A DNA stretch of 63,926 bases, the filler included, from Trichomonas gallinae (lineage: Eukaryota): NCBI GenBank assembly GCA_008369845.1. It is 5 parts of 5 records of this genome, joined end to end, with 100 filler letters (N's around TTAATTAATTAA, not from the genome) between each part and the next. Parts side by side here need not be neighbours in the genome. Positions count along the whole stretch, not along the records: positions 24,022 to 35,359 come from MRSU01000535.1; positions 35,460 to 43,392 come from MRSU01000536.1; 3 more parts are not named here. One strand, written 5' to 3'. A program made the position numbers and the translations under genes. The number at the start of each line of letters is the position of its first letter. The first letter of the stretch is position 1. Under the pieces are notes generated by a model. It was given only the letters and a program-made list of their open reading frames with translations, ran no database searches and was not told where the DNA came from. Positions 30,024 to 39,893 of the stretch are shown here, piece by piece.

Positions 30024-30411
30024 ATATTCAGAAAGTGATCACAAAAGTTTCATCGTATTTTTCTGAAATTTTTAGATTTAGAAAACACACCATCTCAACA
30101 ACATATATCTAAATCAAAAACAAATATGAATAAAAATTTTTTAATTAATAATATGTCTTATTTTTCATTAATATTGACGATTTTTTTAAAAAATGAAATA
30201 AATACAGACAATTCCAATTAATAAAATATGGTCTGTAATAGATATAAAATCTATATTTTTGATATTGAACATTTTTGGTGAGTTTTCAATTTTTTTTGAT
30301 TTTTATTTGCAGTATAATTAAAATTAAATGAAAGAATAAAATGTTCCCTAGGAGGGTTTTATGTTTTGTCGTAGGATGGATCATTTTTTAAAAGGATTTC
30401 TGTGTTGATTG

Positions 30412-31095
30412 ATGATTGATATTGATTCTAATCAGCAACTCGATGCTGCAGTCAGCAATTTACAAGTTGCTATAGAAAATGCAAAGCAGCAAAGAGCAAA
30501 TGAAGTTAAAATCTGGCAAAAACGGACTCTTGAATTGCAAAATCAAGTTACTTCTTTGCAATCACAGCTTTCAGAAGCTGTAAATATCAATGCACAGCTG
30601 CAATCTGATATGAATGATTTATCAAATGAATGCGAAAAACTTAGAAAACTTAATACTTCTTTATCTCGCCAGCTAAAAGAAAAAGAACAAGAAATTGCTA
30701 AATACAACCAGTTAAACCAATCATTACGTTCGATATTAGATGGAAATCCTTCACTTCCTCCACAAAATCCAACAATTCCTTCTTATATGCCCACAATATC
30801 ACCAGCATTTGATGAACCAGGCAACTTCATTCCTAAGACAGAGCTCAAATACTCGCCAAAATTACAGAAGCCAGTTTCTCCTAAAAAAGCTCCGAAGAGC
30901 AAATCCGGGCAACTGCTCCAGAAAGCTAAGGAGGAGCTTACTTACTCCGACTTTAACCAGCTCATCCAGGAAATTCAACGTCATAACAACTCAAATAGTT
31001 CAAACGTTGAAACTCTCGCTAAAATACAAAAGATATTAGGACCAAAGCATGCCAATCTCTACGATGAGTTCGCATCGATAATGCTTGAGAAGTAG
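30412..31095 (+). CDS. Coiled-coil protein with conserved C-terminal helical domain (At4g15545-like)
   Basis: N-terminal heptads. C-terminal GQLLQKAKEELTYSDFNQLIQEIQRHN...ETLAKIQKILGPKHANLYDEF matches the family pattern as I recall it. Confidence 0.65.
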   Translation: MIDIDSNQQLDAAVSNLQVAIENAKQQRANEVKIWQKRTLELQNQVTSLQSQLSEAVNINAQLQSDMNDLSNECEKLRKLNTSLSRQLKEKEQEIAKYNQLNQSLRSILDGNPSLPPQNPTIPSYMPTISPAFDEPGNFIPKTELKYSPKLQKPVSPKKAPKSKSGQLLQKAKEELTYSDFNQLIQEIQRHNNSNSSNVETLAKIQKILGPKHANLYDEFASIMLEK

Positions 31096-32260
31096 AAACA
31101 TATTTTAGTTGTAAAAAGATTTTGTTTTTGTTTAATTTCAGCGTTTTAGAATGTTAATGATTCTATATCTATCACCATAACAAAGAAATAGTATTGAATT
31201 AGTCTCAGTTCAAATAAAAAGTATTTTTTTTTTCAAATATTGATTTTAAATCAAATTTATTAAATTTACTTATGACACTTGTATTATATTGGTCAAGATT
31301 TTATTATATAAATGTTCAATAGCTCTATAAGCCCTTGAAATACTAATCTCCATTCCAAAAGTCATTCGGATAGTTCCAATAATTGATAAGTACTAATTGG
31401 TAGCCCATTTTTTGGTACCATTATGTGACATTTCGTTTCAGACTTTTGAAATTCAAGTTATAAGCCATCGAAACACTCTTTTCACATAACGTTAGGGTTT
31501 TATATCATGAATCATATTCATTAGTAACATTATTTCTAGACTTTAAATTTCCAAAAAAAAAAAATCAAAAGAATGAAAAAGTTATATGAGAAGTAAGCAT
31601 GTCGTTTACGCCAATTTTTCCTGTTTTTTGTCGCACCATTTTGCGAAAACTGGCAATTGTGGCGCTGACGCGGAGCTATCATTGCCGGAGGCCCGATTTT
31701 TTTTTGTATCCTCCATAAATCGTGCTTTTGCTGCCAATGTGACAAGCTTATGAGAAGTGAAACTATATATGTCTATATAAAATAACAAACGAAAACAGGT
31801 ATTTCATTTTTTATTAATAAAAAAATAATATTAATATTTTGCGGTAAGATATATAGATAAAATTTAGAATTATTTTACAGAGTTGAGTTTACAGAAATGT
31901 AAAATTCATAAAACGGCAGAAAAAGTGAACTTCTAGAAGTATTATTCTTGAATAGTATGAATCAATATTTTAATCATATTTCACCAGTTTAATCCATATG
32001 ATTATTTTTTGATAATTTTGTGAGAGTTATTCAAACTTTAATCGTTCTTACCGCGGAAATAACAATACTAAGTAACATCTTGCGATAAAAAATCAACAGA
32101 TAAATAACTCCCACAATATTTTCAAAAACTATGAATTAATTCTATGGATTATTTTCAAAATATTCTATTACTGAAGTAATTCCATAGATTAGCACGTAAT
32201 TATTGCAGATATAAAAAAATTTTCATATTCTGTAAATTAAAAAAAAAGCAATAAAAAGAT

Positions 32261-33205
32261 ATGAAGACAAGCGAACTTGAACAAGAGAAAATTAAAAAAG
32301 CATTACACGACCATGACTATAAGATCCTGGATTTTATAGGCGAGGGCGCGTATGGCAAGTGCTATAGAATCTACTCTTTCAAATATTATCAAACATTCGT
32401 TTGCAAAGTAATTTCTCAGGTTAAATCATTCAATAACGAGATCAAGACACTCGCAGAAATTTCACATCCAAATATAATCAAGCTTTACGATCATTTTATC
32501 GAATTTAACATGTGTTTTTTAATATTAGAGGATTGTGAGAATGGAGACATAGCAAGCTATATATCTAACAATAATATATCTAAAAACGAATTGATTCGAC
32601 TTTGCTATGAAATTATAAATGCTATTGACTACTTGCATTCGCAGAATGTATGTCATTTAGATATCAAGCCATCTAACATTCTTATTGACCGCAGTGGCCG
32701 TGTGAAGCTTGCAGATTTTGGAATGTCCAATTCTTACAACGGTCTTTGCAACAGAGACCGCGTGGGAACTCGTCTTTATCGTGCGCCCGAAGTTTTTGAT
32801 GAAAAACCATTCGATCCATTTAAGGCAGATGTATGGTCCTTAGGAATGTCTTTGTATTATATCGTATTTGGAAATCTTCCATATCATGACTTTAAGGAGT
32901 GGGTATCAAGACTAACTTTTGGAGTGTCATCTCTCAGAATTCCAAAATTTGTTTGCGATGAATTAAACAAAGTCTTAGAAATGTCAATTAATGTACAGCC
33001 ATATCTTAGAAAATCAATGCCAGAAATCAAGGACGTTTTTTCGAAATGCCCTTCACTTGCAAACGCTTATATGCATATCAATCAATACAATTCAATAGCA
33101 AAGTTTAGCATTAGAAAGACTTTCTTTACTAGTGGAACTACGGCAATATTGCCACACAAGGCAAACCGTGTCCAGCTTTCAATTCCAGTCTTGCGGAAAA
33201 AGTAA
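32261..33205 (+). CDS. CAMK-like Ser/Thr protein kinase
   Basis: GEGAYG, VCK, HPNIIKL, HLDIKPSN, DFG, GTRLYRAPE, DVWSLG. Confidence 0.92.
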   Translation: MKTSELEQEKIKKALHDHDYKILDFIGEGAYGKCYRIYSFKYYQTFVCKVISQVKSFNNEIKTLAEISHPNIIKLYDHFIEFNMCFLILEDCENGDIASYISNNNISKNELIRLCYEIINAIDYLHSQNVCHLDIKPSNILIDRSGRVKLADFGMSNSYNGLCNRDRVGTRLYRAPEVFDEKPFDPFKADVWSLGMSLYYIVFGNLPYHDFKEWVSRLTFGVSSLRIPKFVCDELNKVLEMSINVQPYLRKSMPEIKDVFSKCPSLANAYMHINQYNSIAKFSIRKTFFTSGTTAILPHKANRVQLSIPVLRKK

Positions 33206-33670
33206 TATATAGAAATATTGTTTGAATGTAGTTTGTGTTAATAAATTGTTTGTGTATTCTTGTTATATAGTATTATTTTTCGATTTTTCCCCTTCATATT
33301 TCGAAATAAATAATTTCCAGCATAATTAATATCTTTAAAGCTTTTATTTTCAATGTAATATGCTTATTACCAAAGTTTTTAGCTCGACACTTCGTAATAT
33401 TGACTAATTAAATGTTCAATTGTTTGATTTGAGTTTTCCATCACAGGAAAGATGCTTTTGCTATATATTTATGTGTGTATAACTGTTAGTGACTTTAATT
33501 GTCTATTTGCTTTGGTAATAATTAAGATTGTTAAAAGTAAACGTAAGGTTGAGTATTGAATAGATCTTTATTCAAACAGTTGTATAAGAAAACATGAATG
33601 GTAAAGAATTATAACAAACAATGATTTTGGTATTCTAAGGATATGTGAATATACATCGAGAATGCATGAA

Positions 33671-33877
33671 TTATAAACAAGAAGTATTTTGTAAGTTAGA
33701 ACTATCATATTCCGCGTATGGACTTTGTTCTTCGTAATGATGTCTAGGAAATGCTGTCTGCATTAGACGCCGCGCTGTAATCACTGTGATTATAAATATC
33801 ACCATGATTGATATAATGCCCAAAATGTTCATCTGCTTCTGAGTGAAATAGTTTTGATCTCCATAAGCAGATTCCAT
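33671..33877 (-). CDS. Small single-pass membrane protein (68 aa)
   Basis: ATG at 33877, TM ILGIISIMVIFIITVITA followed by RR, Tyr-containing cytosolic tail; isolated in otherwise intergenic DNA. Confidence 0.55.
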   Translation of the reverse strand: MESAYGDQNYFTQKQMNILGIISIMVIFIITVITARRLMQTAFPRHHYEEQSPYAEYDSSNLQNTSCL

Positions 33878-34393
33878 CAAATATTTTGAATTAAAATTTT
33901 ACATAAAATTTTGACTTTTTAAATAACTATTATTCCACAACATTTATTTTTCACTTGAGATTTTTCAGGCAAAAAAGGCTGATCTGACATGTAAATCTTT
34001 CAAATCATTATTTTACAAAAACCGAGTAATATTTTTTGACGCTTTACAACAATCAGTCTTCCAAAATTGAAAACTTTACGCGTCATCAAATTTATTTGAT
34101 CAAATTCAATCAACTCTTTTTTTACGTAAAAAAGTTGATATTAAGATTTTACTGGCTAAGTCAAGATTAACATATTCATATACCCATTTAAAGTCAGAAT
34201 ACATAAGAATGGTTCCCTATAGGTGATATATTTAGTGTACTAAGACAAGGCTTATAAAAATGTCATGTAAATTGTTTATTTGTCATTATCAAATTTACAT
34301 TACAGAATAATGAAAATCTTTATGAGTTAATAAACAGTTTGCTAGACATAGTCATATTTAAATATATTTTTTAAATATGATTTTTAATATTTA

Positions 34394-34933
34394 TTAGATA
34401 TTAAAAAACTCGCATGGTAAGCTATCGTCATGAAAACAATCTCCGAAGGAATTAAGGTCGAGAAATGGATTCTCGAAGTAAGTTTGTTCATCAAGATTTG
34501 TGAATAAATCATCAGTATTCATTTTTTCGCTTGAGAGTATTTGTATTGTTTCAGCATTTTCTGGCTTTGCAACACTTATATCGTTCATTAGCGACTCAAT
34601 TGTGATATTATGTCTTTTAAGAAGATTATAGCGAGACTTCACACCGATATCGGATCTACCTTTCATCATTTTACCAATCTTCATCCACTTAGGACCAAGT
34701 TGTTCATATTGTTGCAATATAAATAAATCTTCATCCTTTGTATATGGACCGAGATTGACTTCAGGTGAGAGGTATTTCTCCCATCTATCCTTGCACTGGC
34801 GTGGGTTTCTACCAGGCATCATTTTTGCAATTTTCTTCCAATTCTTGTTCCCACACTGCGCTACGAGCGTATGAAGCCTGCGGTCTTCAATATCTGTGAA
34901 CATATTATTAGGGCGGTGACTAGAAACAAACAT
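34394..34933 (-). CDS. R2R3 Myb-like DNA-binding protein
   Basis: FTDIEDRRL...NWKKIAKMMPGRNPRQCKDRWEKYLSP...YTKDEDLFI...GPKWMKIG...GRSDIGVKSRY. Confidence 0.93.
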   Translation of the reverse strand: MFVSSHRPNNMFTDIEDRRLHTLVAQCGNKNWKKIAKMMPGRNPRQCKDRWEKYLSPEVNLGPYTKDEDLFILQQYEQLGPKWMKIGKMMKGRSDIGVKSRYNLLKRHNITIESLMNDISVAKPENAETIQILSSEKMNTDDLFTNLDEQTYFENPFLDLNSFGDCFHDDSLPCEFFNI

Positions 34934-35359
34934 ACTTGTTGAAAAATGTTTAAAATTTTCGCATGAAACTTTCCATACCCGATGATTGTTCAGTCATAAT
35001 CGTAAAAAGTGACACAAAATTTTGTAAAACCCAAAATGGCTAATGTTTTTGCGTTCAAAACATTATAACATAGCCGATTATCAAATAAAAACTTAATTTG
35101 ATATTTTATCAGAAATTTTTCGGTTTTGGACGTTTTTATTGGCGTGAAAGCAATGATTAAAATGCTTAGAAACTTTAACTATCAGGATTATGATCATTTT
35201 CACTTTAAATTTTTGATGAAATTGAATTGATAATAATCGTTTTCAATGCCACTTTTCTCAAATTAGGGGGAATTTTACCTAACAGTGGAACAATAACCAG
35301 GGATAAAAAGTGAGACCAGGGATATTCTCAATTTTTAGGCAGGGGGTGCTTCCAAGTTT

Positions 35360-35459
35360 NNNNNNNNNNNNNNNNNNNNNNNNNNNNNNNNNNNNNNNNN
35401 NNNTTAATTAATTAANNNNNNNNNNNNNNNNNNNNNNNNNNNNNNNNNNNNNNNNNNNN
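35360..35459. other. Artificial contig-joining linker
   Basis: N44-TTAATTAATTAA-N44. Confidence 0.97.
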
Positions 35460-36370
35460 ATGGACATAAAAATGATACTTTATAACTTTGAGATCTCAAA
35501 TCCTATTACAAAGCCAGAAAGCGAGTTGAAACACTTCTAGATTAAATTATTCTTATTGATAGATATTGCTGCTTGTATGTTATTGAATAATATAAATAAA
35601 CATACAATGCCTCATACCACTGTATTATTTACAAAATATCAAGATTTTAGCGCATCAAAAATCATAAGCTATATAAACTTATATATACTGTAGCTCCTAT
35701 AGTATAATATTGCTTACGATGATTAAGCTCTATTACATACCTGTATAATGAAGGATGCTTTCAAGCTAAATTCATCTGTGCATACACATTTGGACGTACT
35801 AAAGCAAACATGGGGGCTGATAGACCCTGTTTTTTAGGCCCGAGAAAAAAAAAACGGTTGAGCCATCCCTTAAAAAATATAGTTAGCTATTGATTACATT
35901 TGTTTATAATGTTTCATAATGACTTTAATGATATAATTGAATTAGCAAAATCAAAAGTGCATGCACGAGATAAGAAGTTATGATGGTTACGGGACGCCAC
36001 CAATAAAAAAAGTGAGATGCCACAAAATTAGCTTTTTCTCGAATATTCCTCGTTTAATCACGGATTCTAAATTATCGTATCAAATGAATACATAATTCTT
36101 AGTAATTTTCCCTACTTACTGTGGTAAATTTTGGATATCATAGTGAAAATACGTTGCAAAAGTCGGGCTTGGCCAAAAATTTGATAACTCTCATAGAATA
36201 ATACCTTTATGTGACCTTTCTTTTCAGACCCGACTTTTGAAATTCAGTTTAATTTAGTAAATATATGCTATTCTTATGTAAATTGCATGAAATGATTGAT
36301 ACTAATCAGTATATGCCCTCATATTCACTATATTATATAATATCAAATCAATTATCTTAATAAACATTTT

Positions 36371-39300
36371 TTATTCTTCTTGCTCTATTGGTGGAAATGG
36401 ATCCCACATCAAAGGAAGCGGCATTTCCACTTGATAAACTTTATTTGGCGGTTTGGATGCTGCCATAAAAACGGTTCCCCATATATTTGACATGTTGAGC
36501 TTAGCTGCATTAGAGATAATGAAAAGATGACGCTTTGCTCGACTAATTGCAACATTCACTCGTTCATTCATCTCGACAAAGCTCGACATGTTTGTTCTGC
36601 ATGTGTTAATAATAATAACTTCTCTTTCATCACCTTGAAATGCATCAACAGTCGATACATCAACGATTGGATGCTTCCCTTCTGTAAGAGGGGAAGCTAT
36701 AGCCTCACATTGTGCTTTGTAGAAACAGATGACTCCTATCTGATCTGCTGGAATTCCTCTGTTAATCAAGCATCTGACAAGTGAGATAGCTGTACTTGCT
36801 TCTTGGTCATTTACAAAACTTCCACGCCTTGATTGCTCAACACCTTTGTCAACATTGAACAAAGCAATAGTTGGCATTCCTAGCAGCGGATGTCTGTCTT
36901 CTTCTGACACGCCTGATACTACCTTTCCTCTGTAAAACAGTCTCGAACAAATATCAGCAATTGCTGGATGACACCTGTACTGCATATTCAACATGACTGG
37001 TGGGAATCTTTTCATCAGTCTACTGAAAAGTGGACGTCCATAGCCTAGTGGTGCATGACTTGATATTGTTGGGGGAAGTTGCATCGGATCACCGCAGCAA
37101 ATCAAGCGTTGACAACCGAATGAAACAGGAAGGAAACTGATTGGTTCCGGTTGTTGTGAGCATTCATCCAGCAAAACAAATGAGAACTTTCTGTTCATCA
37201 TAACAGCAAAACTTGTAGCAGCACATGTTACTCCAGTGACTCGACATATATCGATTTTACTTGTTTTTGTCAAACTTTCTTGCTGGGCGTTTTGAATGGC
37301 CAATTCTATTTCTTTGTTAGGATCAACACTCTGTAATGCTTTTAGTTCGCCAATAGCATCAGCATCTGAGTTACCTGTTGCATATGGTAAAATTTTTCTT
37401 GACATATTCTTGACACTTCCGACTCTAGTAATATTTTCGAACCCATTTTCAACCAGATTCAATAAAATATTGTCAACAGCAACATTTGTCGTTGCAGCAA
37501 TTAATATTTTATCATCTTTGTTTGCCATATTTAAAATTTTGTCTAAATATATAACAATAACAGACAAAAGGTGTGATTTGCCTGCACCAAAGATTCCATG
37601 AACTAATAATATTGGATTTTCACCATTGATCGATTGAGCAACTTTCATTAAAGCATCTGTCTGACATTCATTCAATCTGTATTCTTCTGCAGTTCTCTTC
37701 GCAATTTGCATTACATCTAATGATCCCATATCCATGGGCTGAGCGTTCGATGCATTTAGAATAGAAGGAATAATAGGAACATCATTAGCATTATATAGCT
37801 TAAGAATGGCTGCTTTCTCTGATTGCGCGTTGAATAATCTTATTGCTAAGCATTTCGTTGTCATTGGTAGCTTCATCAAATCATCGAAGAAATTATCCAG
37901 ATATATTTTGTTTCCTCGGCCAATTCCATAACCTTCTGCACAAGCAAATACATAATTTCCATCATCTGTCAATAAAATCCAGACATCATCCTTGGAAAAA
38001 TCAAAATCACCGCCTGGATTTCCTACAGATAGGAATTTCATGTTCTTTGTCCTCTGAAATGTTGCATCTGCGCTAAATATTCCTCTGGATCTTAAAAATG
38101 CAACAACTGGCGCGCGAGGAACTTTCCTTTCTGCAGGAATTTCCATATCTTGTGGAATTGGTTTATAAGATTTGCATTGAGGACTTGTGCAATGATAATA
38201 ATATCCACCTTTTTTGTCGATTCCGAATTTCATTTGTCCATGACCTTTTACTTGACATATAGGAGCTTTATATAAAGCAGCAAACCTTGCACCTGCGTAA
38301 AGAAGATAAATTTCTCGAATTTTTACATTTATTTCTGTTGTAAGTGCTTGAACGAATGCATCTCTATATTCCTCGTATGTATTGAATGTTTCTGCTATAG
38401 CTGTACTGTAATTTTTCTTTTGTTCGTCCCATTTCATATCAATTCTGATTTGACTTGCATCTAGTTGTTGATTTTGATCTGCATTGATCTTAATTGGTTC
38501 ATTTTGGTTATCTTCGTCATCTTCTAAAGGAGAATCTGAAGACTGGTCGAAATTAGTATTTTTAGTTAATAAAGGAGTCTCTTTAACAATTTCTTCGTCA
38601 TCATCAAACTGAGATATAATAGTTCCTCTTTCATTATCTGATGACGAAGCTGATTGAGTTCTTTGAAATGCAGCAAGAATATCTTTGGCAGATGTGTGTT
38701 GTTTTGAAGGAGAATCATCACCTTTTGTTAATTGTGGCGTTATTTTTTCTTCTTTTGGATTCACTGTTAGAAATTCCATAATTTCGTCAAATGTCCTGGG
38801 AATTTCACGTTTAAGTATCTCTTCCTCATCTGTTTTGATAACTTTTAATTCTGTGCGAACTACTGTTTGCGGTTGTTGTGGTTCTATGTTGTTTAATTTT
38901 GGATAATCTCCTCGATAATGATAAACTTCGTATTTTTTTAGTTCATCACTAATAACTGGCTTTTTTGGTTTTCTATCTTCAATTGGTTTTGGAAATTCTT
39001 CTTCATGTTTGAGTTTTTCTTGAATAATTGGAGTAATTCTATTTGGTGGTTTGAAACCTGTGGTAGGCATTCTTCTTAAACCAGGGCGTTGTATAGTCAT
39101 CGTAACTTGTGGCCTTTCTGGTTGCAAAGACGTATTTGTTGTTGAGACTAATTCATTGAAGCGAATAAGTATAGGTGCGACAACAATTTCTGAGTCTTCA
39201 TCTATAGGTAATTTATCTGGTGGTATTCTTCCGCGTGTTACTTGTTTAGAATCCTCATCAACAACATTAATTGTCGTAATATTTCTTCCTTTTTGATAAT

Positions 39301-39403
39301 TAATGGTAGCAACACCATCTATCCACCCATTCTTCTGCTTCTGTGTGACTTTCTTAGTGAAGACAACATTCCACACCTGAACTTGGTCGCCCTCTTCATC
39401 CAT
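36371..39403 (-). CDS. ZGRF1-like SF1 (UPF1/DNA2-NAM7 family) helicase with N-terminal DUF2439-like domain and Zn finger
   Basis: N-terminal WNVVFTKKVTQKQKNGWIDG; C..H...C...C finger; HGIFGAGKS, TNVAVDN, LLDECSQ, GDPMQLPP, QYRCHP, STVDAFQGDERE, RVNVAISRAK. Confidence 0.8.
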   Translation of the reverse strand: MDEEGDQVQVWNVVFTKKVTQKQKNGWIDGVATINYQKGRNITTINVVDEDSKQVTRGRIPPDKLPIDEDSEIVVAPILIRFNELVSTTNTSLQPERPQVTMTIQRPGLRRMPTTGFKPPNRITPIIQEKLKHEEEFPKPIEDRKPKKPVISDELKKYEVYHYRGDYPKLNNIEPQQPQTVVRTELKVIKTDEEEILKREIPRTFDEIMEFLTVNPKEEKITPQLTKGDDSPSKQHTSAKDILAAFQRTQSASSSDNERGTIISQFDDDEEIVKETPLLTKNTNFDQSSDSPLEDDEDNQNEPIKINADQNQQLDASQIRIDMKWDEQKKNYSTAIAETFNTYEEYRDAFVQALTTEINVKIREIYLLYAGARFAALYKAPICQVKGHGQMKFGIDKKGGYYYHCTSPQCKSYKPIPQDMEIPAERKVPRAPVVAFLRSRGIFSADATFQRTKNMKFLSVGNPGGDFDFSKDDVWILLTDDGNYVFACAEGYGIGRGNKIYLDNFFDDLMKLPMTTKCLAIRLFNAQSEKAAILKLYNANDVPIIPSILNASNAQPMDMGSLDVMQIAKRTAEEYRLNECQTDALMKVAQSINGENPILLVHGIFGAGKSHLLSVIVIYLDKILNMANKDDKILIAATTNVAVDNILLNLVENGFENITRVGSVKNMSRKILPYATGNSDADAIGELKALQSVDPNKEIELAIQNAQQESLTKTSKIDICRVTGVTCAATSFAVMMNRKFSFVLLDECSQQPEPISFLPVSFGCQRLICCGDPMQLPPTISSHAPLGYGRPLFSRLMKRFPPVMLNMQYRCHPAIADICSRLFYRGKVVSGVSEEDRHPLLGMPTIALFNVDKGVEQSRRGSFVNDQEASTAISLVRCLINRGIPADQIGVICFYKAQCEAIASPLTEGKHPIVDVSTVDAFQGDEREVIIINTCRTNMSSFVEMNERVNVAISRAKRHLFIISNAAKLNMSNIWGTVFMAASKPPNKVYQVEMPLPLMWDPFPPIEQEE

Positions 39404-39467
39404 TGAACTTCACTGAGGAAGTAGTTTGTATAGTTTACATCAAGAGAGGAAGTTCATTTTCTCATTT

Positions 39468-39558
39468 TACATGGCATTTCTTCATTTTACACGACATTTT
39501 TATATTTTATGTGGCATTTTATTAATTTTACATGTCAAATTGTATTATTTACATGACA
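39468..39558 (-). promoter_or_regulatory. Five-copy TGNCRYRTA-like array upstream of the helicase gene
   Basis: Plus-strand TACATGGCA 39468, TACACGACA 39488, TATGTGGCA 39508, TACATGTCA 39529, TACATGACA 39550. Confidence 0.6.
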
Positions 39559-39893
39559 AAAATCTTCAAAATGATGATTCCTTATGTTATTCATATTCCA
39601 ACGAATCAAAAGCTTTATAACTAATATATAAACCATCAATTGCAGCAAAATCCAGAAAAATAATCGTTATTATACAACATTTTCGCGTTTTTTTTTTTAA
39701 GAATTTAATGAGAATAGGCAAATTGAACAAGTATTAACTGATAAATCACAAAAAATTAAGTTTTCTATATATATTCAAACATAATATTTTATTATAATAC
39801 AAACAAAAAAATATGATATAAAAATAAAACTGAAATAACTTATTCTCTAATATATTCGTCTAGTTGTAGTCTTAACTGCTGGCATAATATGGA

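Noticed and set aside
29326..30112. Multiple overlapping ORFs over deoC
   Set aside because: Expected from GC-rich biased codons giving few off-frame stops.
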